Shown here: positions 1-7,041 of the stretch, piece after piece | Numbering within the stretch: position 1 is the stretch's first letter | Layout of the letters: the number at the start of each line of letters is the position of its first letter | Virus genome (UHGV): UHGV-0136520 | Direction: 5' to 3' (one strand) | Source of the DNA: a virus | Length of the DNA: 28,383 bases | Translations under genes and position numbers: made by a program | Notes under the pieces: model-generated | What the model was told of the DNA's origin: nothing | What the model saw: only the letters and a program-made list of their open reading frames with translations | Databases searched by the model: none

Positions 1-273
1 TCAACATTTCTTATAATTATTTGTTCTTACTCGTTCCCATTCAATTCTGCCTTCTTCACGCCGCTGGTCTATATACTCAGCAAGATCCTGAATGTTGATG
101 CAGCGCTTTGCTTTCTGCGATGTTCCTACACGATAAGTCGGGATAGGCAACTGGCAGGCATTTGCTTTCGCTTCTGCTGTGTTAGGGCTCATACCGAAAT
201 ACTTTTGGCATACAGCTGATAGCTCGATGTTAGGCGTGTTGAACTCAGCCATAAGTAAAAACAAAGTATTCAT
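1..273 (-). CDS. Excisionase-like small DNA-binding protein (PrtN/AlpA-type HTH), 90 aa
   Basis: Complete ORF in track with stop codon at window positions 1-3. Small HTH-like protein at the far left of the early-left operon, the usual xis position. Family assignment is from memory of PrtN-like excisionases and is not verified. Confidence 0.45.
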   Translation of the reverse strand: MNTLFLLMAEFNTPNIELSAVCQKYFGMSPNTAEAKANACQLPIPTYRVGTSQKAKRCINIQDLAEYIDQRREEGRIEWERVRTNNYKKC

Positions 274-310
274 AGACGTTCTCCATACAACCTGGCTGCA
301 CCCAGGGGAA

Positions 311-883
311 TTACAGATCGCTGCTGGTGGCCGGAATCAACTTCTTCCAGATCGCGGACACGTATTTTGCCTGATGGCGCGCATCGGCCAGTGCGTTATG
401 TGCGACCCCATCGAATGGCATGTCTCGCTTAGGGTCGAAACCCACAACTCTGCCTAATGTAACGATGGTTCTGACGTCGTGATCATCCCAAAATTGCCAC
501 GGGCAAACCTGGCCGGCGCGCTCATATGCTCCGCGTAATATAACGTTGTCGAAAGTAGCTCCATTGCCCCAAACCTTTAAATATTTAGGGTTATCAGAAT
601 GCCGATTAATGAAATGGCTAAGTTCAGATAGGGCAGACGATATTGGCAGAGAATCATCAACACAGATTGCTGATCGTGCTTCTGGGCTTTGTCTTAACCA
701 CCACAGAATAGTGTCACCATCCGGCACTGCTCCCTGATCCATAGCACTTTCAAGATTAACGGCGGTGTAAAACTCCTGACCCAGTTCACCGCTTTGCGGA
801 TCGAAGAACACGGCACCAATGGAGACGATAGGGGCATTCGGTTTTTTGCCCATGGATTCAAGGTCGATCATTAAATTGTTCAC
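311..883 (-). CDS. Phage DEDD-type 3'-5' exonuclease (DnaQ-like fold), 190 aa
   Basis: Track ORF. Motifs MIDLESMG (Asp/Glu of exo motif I), WGNGATFD and HNALADARH (His/Asp of exo motif III) fit a DEDDh exonuclease. Start sits 2 nt from the upstream gene stop. Confidence 0.55.
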   Translation of the reverse strand: MNNLMIDLESMGKKPNAPIVSIGAVFFDPQSGELGQEFYTAVNLESAMDQGAVPDGDTILWWLRQSPEARSAICVDDSLPISSALSELSHFINRHSDNPKYLKVWGNGATFDNVILRGAYERAGQVCPWQFWDDHDVRTIVTLGRVVGFDPKRDMPFDGVAHNALADARHQAKYVSAIWKKLIPATSSDL

Positions 884-884
884 G

Positions 885-1355
885 TTAAAAATTCTCCTGT
901 TTTGGTGCTGTTTTTAGCATTGCGGCGCGGCAGGCGTTCCATCCCCTGACTTCTGCGATTGCAGCTACAGCATCAATCGCATGCATTTTCGACGCTTCTG
1001 GCATCGGCTTTTCATCCGGTACTACTGGCGCTGGAGGGGCGGTGTAGAGTGGAATTGTTTTGTATTCTGCCACGCCCGTTTTTCGTTCTTGATTCCATTC
1101 ATCAACCCAGCCGTCTACGACATTTTTGCAGGTTGATACGGCGTCGGTGTCCAGGTTGACTCCCTGCATTGCATACAGAACGGGCTCAGCACCACACGAT
1201 GCAATCACCCCAGCAATCACCTTCACAGCATCAGCCATTGCGTAGCCGAGATTACCGCCGTCGCTTTGTGCTGCTGCTTTGCTGAGTATTTCGCTTATCT
1301 GGTGCAGGCGATCGAGTGATACAGGACCGTTCGCCGGGTGGTTGTTAGTTGTCAT
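885..1355 (-). CDS. Hypothetical phage early protein, 156 aa
   Basis: Track ORF tightly packed between neighbours (4-nt and 2-nt gaps). No recognisable catalytic motif. Confidence 0.5.
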   Translation of the reverse strand: MTTNNHPANGPVSLDRLHQISEILSKAAAQSDGGNLGYAMADAVKVIAGVIASCGAEPVLYAMQGVNLDTDAVSTCKNVVDGWVDEWNQERKTGVAEYKTIPLYTAPPAPVVPDEKPMPEASKMHAIDAVAAIAEVRGWNACRAAMLKTAPKQENF

Positions 1356-1358
1356 GGG

Positions 1359-1553
1359 TTAGTCCTCCCAATCCCATACGGCAAAAGCATGGTCATCATC
1401 GCAATCAATTTCGCCTTTCTCGCCACACTCTGAGCAAACCACACCATCGCCAGCATAGAGGAATTCTGGAGTGCCTTTATCTGTGTGCACGTCGAGTTCA
1501 TCACTGTCACATTTGGGGCAAAAACCTGCCCATTTGATTCTTAACACGGTCAT
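1359..1553 (-). CDS. Small Cys-rich zinc-ribbon-like protein, 64 aa
   Basis: Two CxxC pairs (CPKC and CSEC). Start placed at ATG 1553-1551, which follows the upstream stop 1557-1555 by one base (TGA-t-ATG). The track ORF extends to 1619 (86 aa) as an alternative start. Confidence 0.4.
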   Translation of the reverse strand: MTVLRIKWAGFCPKCDSDELDVHTDKGTPEFLYAGDGVVCSECGEKGEIDCDDDHAFAVWDWED

Positions 1554-1554
1554 A

Positions 1555-1731
1555 TCAATCACCCCATTCTTCATAAAAGAAGTCATCAACGCGCTTTTGC
1601 GCCTCGTACGCGGCTTCAATTTCCATTTCAGTGATATCGAAATTTTTACCGTTCAGCTCCACCATGCACTCAAGAGCCTCACCCCAATCCTGAAGCGATG
1701 AGTTACGTTTTGTTGCGCTAAAATCTGCCAT
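1555..1731 (-). CDS. Small acidic hypothetical protein, 58 aa, absent from ORF track (below 60 aa)
   Basis: Hand translation of minus strand: MADFSATKRNSSLQDWGEALECMVELNGKNFDITEMEIEAAYEAQKRVDDFFYEEWGD. SD GGGGGAG lies 4-5 nt upstream. Its start is one base after the upstream gene stop and its own stop abuts the next start, indicating translational coupling. Confidence 0.4.
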   Translation of the reverse strand: MADFSATKRNSSLQDWGEALECMVELNGKNFDITEMEIEAAYEAQKRVDDFFYEEWGD

Positions 1732-1732
1732 C

Positions 1733-2260
1733 TCACTCCCCCTTCACGCCAATGCCAGCGGCGCGGAGTGCTTCTATGAAAACATCAAGCCCCTGATTAA
1801 ATCCGATAGCCTCATAAAACTGTTTTGTGTGCATGTCCGGTGAATTGCGATATTCGGGCAGCTTCACCGTCCGCGCCTCCAGTTCTGCTATGCGCTGCCG
1901 AGCAGACTGATAAGCATCGATAACCACGTCCAACAATTGCCCGTCACACAGCAGTTTGCTAAGTTCAGGCTTCCACGCTACACAGTCATCATCCGGGTCC
2001 TGCATGTTGTAGACGTAAGTATCAAAAGCACCCATAAAGCGCCCGAATCCACCTTTGTCGTCTACAAGCACTTGCCAGGCGCGGAGAAGAAACAGTTTTT
2101 GGTTACGATCTAAATCCGTTCGGGATAGCTCATCGGCGATAATGCTGATTTCACTACCGTGCCAGCGAGCATCGTTGCGTTGCGCCGCATGAAACAATTT
2201 CCAGAAATACTCGGTTTCTTTCTGGTCAGGGCGGCATTGCTTAATTGTATGGACTGTCAT
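1733..2260 (-). CDS. Hypothetical phage early protein, 175 aa
   Basis: Track ORF. Start chosen at ATG 2260 (MTVHTIK), which has GGAG about 9 nt upstream, rather than the track's GTG at 2269. Confidence 0.5.
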   Translation of the reverse strand: MTVHTIKQCRPDQKETEYFWKLFHAAQRNDARWHGSEISIIADELSRTDLDRNQKLFLLRAWQVLVDDKGGFGRFMGAFDTYVYNMQDPDDDCVAWKPELSKLLCDGQLLDVVIDAYQSARQRIAELEARTVKLPEYRNSPDMHTKQFYEAIGFNQGLDVFIEALRAAGIGVKGE

Positions 2261-2288
2261 GCTGCACACTCCTGTTTGTTGTGTGCTG

Positions 2289-2543
2289 TCATTGGGCTGC
2301 TCCTTGTCTGGCTCTGCTCAAGAGCTGGTTAAACATCATGGTTAGGCTGTTACTACACCCAAACGGCATATCGTTAACACGGTAAGTAGGAATTCCCTTG
2401 CGAACACCAGACTTCACGATCCGGCCGGTGCCATAGAGTTGCGATAATGCGCCAGCGACCGCGGGTGTCTTTTTGTTCATACCTTTGGCGATTTCACCGC
2501 TGGTGGTATTCGGATGAGCCTGGAGATATTCAAATACGGTCAT
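2289..2543 (-). CDS. Putative winged-helix DNA-binding protein, 84 aa
   Basis: Track ORF. Segment TSGEIAKGMNKKTPAVAGALSQLYGTGRIV looks like an HTH recognition helix plus wing. Its ATG overlaps the upstream stop (ATGA). Confidence 0.45.
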   Translation of the reverse strand: MTVFEYLQAHPNTTSGEIAKGMNKKTPAVAGALSQLYGTGRIVKSGVRKGIPTYRVNDMPFGCSNSLTMMFNQLLSRARQGAAQ

Positions 2544-2716
2544 GGCGTTTTACCTTTACGTTCCTGTTCCAGTTGCACCAGAGACTCTTTTAATGCTGCG
2601 AACGTAGCGTCCAGTCTGGTGGCGACTTCGCGCATAAGCGGTGCATGTTTTGGTGGTAATTCAGCAACGGAGGCAAAAGCCTCCGCTACGAGCTCTTTTA
2701 CCTTCATGCGGCGCAT
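2540..2716 (-). CDS. Small hypothetical protein, 58 aa, absent from ORF track
   Basis: Hand translation: MRRMKVKELVAEAFASVAELPPKHAPLMREVATRLDATFAALKESLVQLEQERKGKTP. GGAG lies 8 nt upstream. Start overlaps the end of the HD-protein gene and the stop overlaps the next ATG (ATGA). Confidence 0.4.
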   Translation of the reverse strand: MRRMKVKELVAEAFASVAELPPKHAPLMREVATRLDATFAALKESLVQLEQERKGKTP

Positions 2717-3243
2717 TGGCGCTGCTCCATCAACTCGTTAAAGCGATTCATGAACATGCCGTATGACTGGCCTGGACGAACTGGGTTGATGATGAATAAA
2801 TCCGTTGGGATAACTCCCTGGAGGCAAGGCCACACAGAACCTTCGTCAATCTCAAAATCGCGGCGTTCGCTGGCGAGCATCACCAAATCGGCATATTTAA
2901 CGGTCGGGTGTTGCTCCGTTGGCAGGCCAAATTTCTGACGAATAGCAGCGTCTACGCGAGTTTCGATCACCTGGTAATCCGGTAACAGGCGCTTAAGCGG
3001 AGAGGGAATATCCTGCAAGTAGGCTTCGGCTGCATCATGAAGCAGTGCTTCTAATGCAAACTCCTGCGGGACGAGGTGGCTGGTTAAAACGCTATGTTGG
3101 CCGACGCTGTAAAACTCAGGTAGATGCCCTGCAAAGCGGCATAAGTGAGACAGCGCAGTAGCGATATCCTCGATCACGATATCGTCCTGTTGGATATCGA
3201 GGTAATTAAAGTGTTTGCCGGATAATGTCTGAATGTAGCTCAT
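2704..3243 (-). CDS. HD-domain phosphohydrolase (YfdR-like 5'-deoxynucleotidase family), 179 aa
   Basis: HD-domain signature: conserved His residues (ALSHLCRFAGH, HSVLTSH) followed by the HD dyad in LLHDAAEAY. Start chosen at ATG 3243 with GGAG 8 nt upstream. Confidence 0.65.
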   Translation of the reverse strand: MSYIQTLSGKHFNYLDIQQDDIVIEDIATALSHLCRFAGHLPEFYSVGQHSVLTSHLVPQEFALEALLHDAAEAYLQDIPSPLKRLLPDYQVIETRVDAAIRQKFGLPTEQHPTVKYADLVMLASERRDFEIDEGSVWPCLQGVIPTDLFIINPVRPGQSYGMFMNRFNELMEQRQCAA

Positions 3244-3335
3244 GGTTTTCTCCATATTGGCGCGCTGCACCGCGCAGATTTTGGTTGCACGAATCCCTCG
3301 CCGGGTGGCGATAATTAATGGAATTACGCTTCAAT

Positions 3336-3359
3336 AAATCCCCGCGGCGCCGGGGATTT
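3336..3359. repeat. Perfect 24-bp palindrome between the YfdQ-like and HD-protein genes
   Basis: AAATCCCCGCGGCGCCGGGGATTT is fully self-complementary. It sits in the 100-bp spacer inside the leftward operon. Confidence 0.4.
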
Positions 3360-3371
3360 AATGCAGAGCAA

Positions 3372-4199
3372 TTAGGCTTTAAAGTTACCGATGAAAGTTT
3401 CCACTGATTCACCGTCGAACTTGCTGATCAGCAAATCGCGGAATTCGTTGGCGATCGCTTCTTCCTGTGCTTCCAGTTGGACGATGCGCAGAACAAAGCA
3501 GGGTTCATCGCTGGTCAGCAGGCTGTTACGCAAGCTAAAACGGCGTTCGCCCAGACCTTCATACGGCACACATTTGAATTCAAACGCCACAGGCATTACG
3601 TCTTTGCTGCTTGCTTCAACGCTTTGCATCAGGGATTTTTTACCAGCGAAATCACTAGTTTCATGGTCCTGCTGGGTTGCTTGTTGAATGGTGATACGAC
3701 GCACAGCCTGAGCCGCCTGGGAAATCTGCATCGTATTGCCATCAGCATCAAACGCCAGCAGGTAATCGCTCCAGTCTTCCAGCCATTCAGCAATTTGCTT
3801 TTGCTTCAGACGTTGACCATCGATCTGCAGTAACGCGCGGAACGGGGCGGTTTTCTTCAGGGTGATTGAAGCAACGTTATCGGCGTGACCGGGATTATCC
3901 AGGGTGCCGATATTGAACACTGAACGGGCGGTCATGTTGTCAGCGTCAATGAAGCAACGAGCTGGCTCACTGTCGCTGGCGTAACCTTTAGAATAACGTG
4001 CGAAGTCGTCAATACTGGTTGTTGTCATTGCACCACGGAAGCGGAAACGCTCCAGAGAAAAGCGCTCAAGGCTTTCAACGTTAGTACCATCTGGCAGCAA
4101 TGCGGTCGGGCAAGCCAGGCCATGAATATCATTCAGGTGGTAGCCAGAAAGGACCAGGTCTTTTACCTGCTGAAATGTACCGCTGTCTAACTGAGACAT
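3372..4199 (-). CDS. YfdQ-like prophage protein (DUF2303-type), 275 aa
   Basis: Track ORF. Length and sequence match my recollection of E. coli CPS-53/KplE1 prophage YfdQ (about 274 aa). Sits next to the YfdR-like HD protein, as in that prophage. Confidence 0.55.
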   Translation of the reverse strand: MSQLDSGTFQQVKDLVLSGYHLNDIHGLACPTALLPDGTNVESLERFSLERFRFRGAMTTTSIDDFARYSKGYASDSEPARCFIDADNMTARSVFNIGTLDNPGHADNVASITLKKTAPFRALLQIDGQRLKQKQIAEWLEDWSDYLLAFDADGNTMQISQAAQAVRRITIQQATQQDHETSDFAGKKSLMQSVEASSKDVMPVAFEFKCVPYEGLGERRFSLRNSLLTSDEPCFVLRIVQLEAQEEAIANEFRDLLISKFDGESVETFIGNFKA

Positions 4200-4255
4200 A
4201 GAAATTCCTTATTAACTGATGATCGAAGTGGTATCAGTGAGTTTGTTGTTGCGGA

Positions 4256-4627
4256 TCACTGAGCCGCTTTAAGCTTTCCATCCACCGCGCCAGTGATCCC
4301 GAACAGCTGACCCTGATCTTCCTGCAGGATAGTGAGCTTCCCCCCTTTGTTGACCCACATCGGGGTTTCGGTTGTGTCCTCTTCGGAGGCTTTACCACGC
4401 GGTGTCGGGGTGCTGTAGTTCAGCTTGTGCTTGATCTTGACGCGCTTCTCTTCAACGGAATTACCCATACGCTCAAAATCAAATGTGAGGACTACTTTGC
4501 CTTTGTTGCCGTTGTTCAGAACGCCAAGCGCGGTGGTATTAAGTGCTGCCGCGATTTTGTTCATGAACACGCCGGCATCCAGTTCGCCAAGAAAATCTGG
4601 CACTACGGTCATGCGGTCATTACTCAT
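4256..4627 (-). CDS. Hypothetical early protein, 123 aa (YfdP-like by position)
   Basis: Track ORF with SD GAGGGT 6 nt upstream of ATG 4627. First credible gene of the leftward operon. No N-like arginine-rich motif. Confidence 0.45.
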   Translation of the reverse strand: MSNDRMTVVPDFLGELDAGVFMNKIAAALNTTALGVLNNGNKGKVVLTFDFERMGNSVEEKRVKIKHKLNYSTPTPRGKASEEDTTETPMWVNKGGKLTILQEDQGQLFGITGAVDGKLKAAQ

Positions 4628-5538
4628 GCTTTTACCCTCGTTAAGGCGGCTGCAACCGCCGAACTTTCTCCATACACAACAGAGAAGGGCACCTGCATTG
4701 GTCGGCGGCTTGCAGAGACCGCTTTCTTTTTGCCCGGGTGGATTGGGTTATGAGCCCGTCGCCCGGTGATGCCCTTTTCTGTTGCGTAAAAAGGGCGGTA
4801 CCGAGGTAGAACATTATCTTCGTCCCCCTTGCATAAGGTTGAAGACCTGGTACCGCCAAGACTACACACAGCAATACTGGAACTACGGTTATCACAGTCC
4901 TAAGCGTGATTTGGTTGTGGTTGCTGGTGCTGAACTCCAGCTCAGTGGCGCGGTGTTTCAATATCGTAACCGCCCGTTCCATCCGCGTTCGATCAGTCCG
5001 TATGCTCGCTTAGAACGTTTCGCCTGCTTATCTTTTCTCAACCGTTTGACGGTCAGCCCCGCCATTTACCACAACGAAGAGAGCACTGCCGGTGTTCGAA
5101 TCGAACGAACCTTTTCCCTGCCCAACCCTCCCAACTGAATGGGACTGTCTGGAATCGAACCAGCACTTATGCCTTGCTCGTCAATGCTCTCGTCGTTGCG
5201 CCCTGAAAAAGGCTGGCGGTTACCGGACAAGTGGGAAAACACCGGGCCGCCAGAACAGGGAGTTACTTGTTATTGCTTTAGCCTGCTTTTAACCACATCA
5301 GGCGCGGTGGTAGGTATCTTCGGGCGGGGCGCTGGCGACCAACCAGCTACAACCCCTACGGTATTTACACTCCACGCCGTGGGTTAACGGCTCCGTATCG
5401 TGGCTGAGTTTCTGTTGCTGGTGGTCAAGCCAGCTTCGCAACCCCTCCCGAAGACACCTGTCAACGAATCATCCGGTTATTCATATGCCACCGGCGGCTA
5501 CTTCGTGGGCGTCCTGCCTGTTCGCTGTTGATGAATTA

Positions 5539-5567
5539 AATATACCTGTGAGTAATTTTTGTGTAAA
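5539..5567 (-). promoter_or_regulatory. Candidate leftward early promoter (PL-like): TTTACA-17 nt-TATATT on the minus strand
   Basis: Minus-strand -35 TTTACA (5567-5562) and -10 TATATT (5544-5539) with a 17-nt spacer, inside an AT-rich block at 5520-5640. Hexamers read by eye only. Confidence 0.3.
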
Positions 5568-5679
5568 TACCTATTGGTATATTTTTATTTACCTTAATGG
5601 CAACTACTTGCTTTTAATTGGATTTTATTTAAGTAGGTGATGCGTGTTATGCTCAAAAAAACACCAGAAAGGGCTTGGT

Positions 5680-5886
5680 ATGGAACGTGACGAACTGGAA
5701 GAAGACCGTGCGGCATTCATAGCTGGCGAGATTGGCGGCGCAGTTGTCGAATTGATAATCGGCGGAGTAGTGATTGACCGTGATGCGATCGTCGATTGTT
5801 TGGAAAGAAAACGACGTGCGGTGGGCAACGTGATCCACAAAGGTGTTCTGCGAGACGCCGCTGCTATGGTGAGAAAAGGGCAGTAA
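5680..5886 (+). CDS. Small hypothetical protein, 68 aa, convergent with cI
   Basis: ATG at 5680 with SD GAAAGGG 5 nt upstream. Product MERDELEEDRAAFIAGEIGGAVVELIIGGVVIDRDAIVDCLERKRRAVGNVIHKGVLRDAAAMVRKGQ. Ends at the shared terminator hairpin. Confidence 0.4.
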   Translation: MERDELEEDRAAFIAGEIGGAVVELIIGGVVIDRDAIVDCLERKRRAVGNVIHKGVLRDAAAMVRKGQ

Positions 5887-5910
5887 AAACCCGGCTCAGT
5901 GGCCGGGTTA
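5885..5910. terminator. Bidirectional intrinsic terminator between the small plus-strand gene and cI
   Basis: Stem CCCGGC (5890-5895), 6-nt loop, GCCGGG (5902-5907), flanked by AAAAA on one side and TTAGATGTTATTT on the other. Read on the minus strand the hairpin is followed by a U-run, so it should terminate the cI transcript. Confidence 0.55.
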
Positions 5911-5960
5911 GATGTTATTTCATTAAGAGTTAGGTCTGTTCAACTATCCAAAAATAGCAG

Positions 5961-6671
5961 TTACAGTTTATTGTAAGCTATTGATTCATGGAGCAGAGCT
6001 TTACCCATGATATACAGTTGATCCTGATTTTCTTCAGTTATATACCAGTCTTTGTACACTGGATTATCGGACAGGACTGCAAGCTGCAAGCCCTGCATTT
6101 GTAATCGCTTCACGTGGAAGTGTTGTCCGAAAACGAACGCATAAACACCGTCCACCTTGAAATTTCTTATCGAAATATCGAAAAACAACCTGTCACCAGA
6201 CTGGATGGTTGGGCACATGCTGTCGCCATCTACAGTCATTACTTTAACATCATCCTGAGAACGATTCCCGAAGAGTGAACGAGCGTGCTCAGTAGTGAAC
6301 TCAATAGCGTGTAGAACCTCAACAAACTCAGAAATCATGAAAGACCCTGGACCTGCGCTCACAGTAAGATCGAGAACTTCTACACGATAAGTGTCGATAT
6401 TGCGGGCGGGTACATCAATATCCATATTTGAGGTTGGGCCAAGACCATCCAACCATCCTCTGCTGATTTTCAAAGCATCTTCGATCTGCCGAGCCGCTTG
6501 CTCACCAATATTCCGCTTATTAGGTTTACCAACAGGGTAAAGCATCCGAGAGACAACAGTCGGATCAAGCCCTGCATTTTCAGCAAACTCTTTCTGGGTT
6601 TTATAGCGAGTTACCAACTCCTGAAGTTTGAGGCGTCGTAACTCGAAGATGTCAGGCGATTCAGTTTTCAT
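5961..6671 (-). CDS. cI: CI-type prophage repressor (N-terminal HTH, C-terminal S24 LexA-like autopeptidase), 236 aa
   Basis: C-terminal domain carries the Ser nucleophile context GDSM (DGDSMCPT) and the Lys in HVKRL, typical of S24 peptidases. Divergent from a Cro-like gene across an operator-rich spacer. Confidence 0.8.
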   Translation of the reverse strand: MKTESPDIFELRRLKLQELVTRYKTQKEFAENAGLDPTVVSRMLYPVGKPNKRNIGEQAARQIEDALKISRGWLDGLGPTSNMDIDVPARNIDTYRVEVLDLTVSAGPGSFMISEFVEVLHAIEFTTEHARSLFGNRSQDDVKVMTVDGDSMCPTIQSGDRLFFDISIRNFKVDGVYAFVFGQHFHVKRLQMQGLQLAVLSDNPVYKDWYITEENQDQLYIMGKALLHESIAYNKL

Positions 6672-6770
6672 AATTCCATCTTACTTAAATTTACTTCAAG
6701 GTAAATGACTTGTGAGTATTGACATGTATTTACTTAAAGGTATATTTAATTTCCAAACATAGGAGGCGTG
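6672..6770. promoter_or_regulatory. Immunity operator/promoter region (OR-like) with a rightward PR-like promoter
   Basis: Repeated imperfect palindromes TTTACTTCAAGGTAAA (6690-6705) and TTTACTTAAAGGTATA (6729-6744), plus a partial copy at 6681-6693. PR-like -35 TTGACA (6719-6724), 16-nt spacer, -10 TATATT (6741-6746). AGGAGG at 6761-6766 precedes the cro-like ATG. Confidence 0.55.
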
Positions 6771-7013
6771 ATGGAAACGTTAAGAAATTACCTAAACGCT
6801 TTGTCGCTCGAAAAACAGAGAGAATTTGCAGCACGATGCGAAACCTCTCTTGAGTACCTGCGTAAAGCCATTAGCAAAAAGCAAAAGTTGGGAGCTGCTC
6901 TATCTGTTTCTATCGAAACACAATCTGGCGGCTCAGTTAGTAGAAAAAATCTTCACCCGGATGATTGGGAAAAGATTTGGCCTGAACTGGAGCATAAAAA
7001 AACAGCGGCATGA
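6771..7013 (+). CDS. Cro-like small HTH regulator, 80 aa
   Basis: First gene rightward of the operator region. ATG 6771 follows SD AGGAGG. Small protein with an HTH-like segment (ARCETSLEYLRKAISKKQKL). Confidence 0.5.
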   Translation: METLRNYLNALSLEKQREFAARCETSLEYLRKAISKKQKLGAALSVSIETQSGGSVSRKNLHPDDWEKIWPELEHKKTAA

Positions 7014-7041
7014 AAGTAACCACAGAATTAAGGGGTTAACC

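Noticed and set aside
3206-3412. 68-aa minus-strand ORF spanning the 24-bp palindrome
   Set aside because: It overlaps the ends of two well-supported genes and the palindrome, and is Arg-rich low-complexity.
4641-4982. 113-aa minus-strand ORF ending 13 nt before the first early gene
   Set aside because: It is rich in rare codons (ATA, AGG, AGA), has no SD, gives a low-complexity product, and is overlapped by equally long ORFs in other frames and on the other strand.
4782-5138. 118-aa plus-strand TTG-start ORF
   Set aside because: It has the same problems as above: no SD and no protein-like features. It overlaps hairpin-rich sequence.
5086-5166. tRNA-like T-loop motifs (GTTCGAATC on plus strand, GGTTCGATTCC on minus strand)
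   Set aside because: No matching acceptor stem, D-arm or anticodon arm could be built around either motif, and neither is followed by CCA. They are kept only as structural motifs within the ORF-poor segment.
5190-5215. nut-like element (TGCTCTCG followed by GCCCTGAAAAAGGC, resembling boxA/boxB)
   Set aside because: The boxB-like stem is imperfect, and the element is on the plus strand whereas leftward early transcription would read the minus strand. It is likely coincidental.
6826-7041. Upstream extension of the CII-like ORF (track start at 6826)
   Set aside because: It would overlap the whole cro-like gene in another frame. The internal GTG at 7042 with AAGGGG upstream is the more plausible start.
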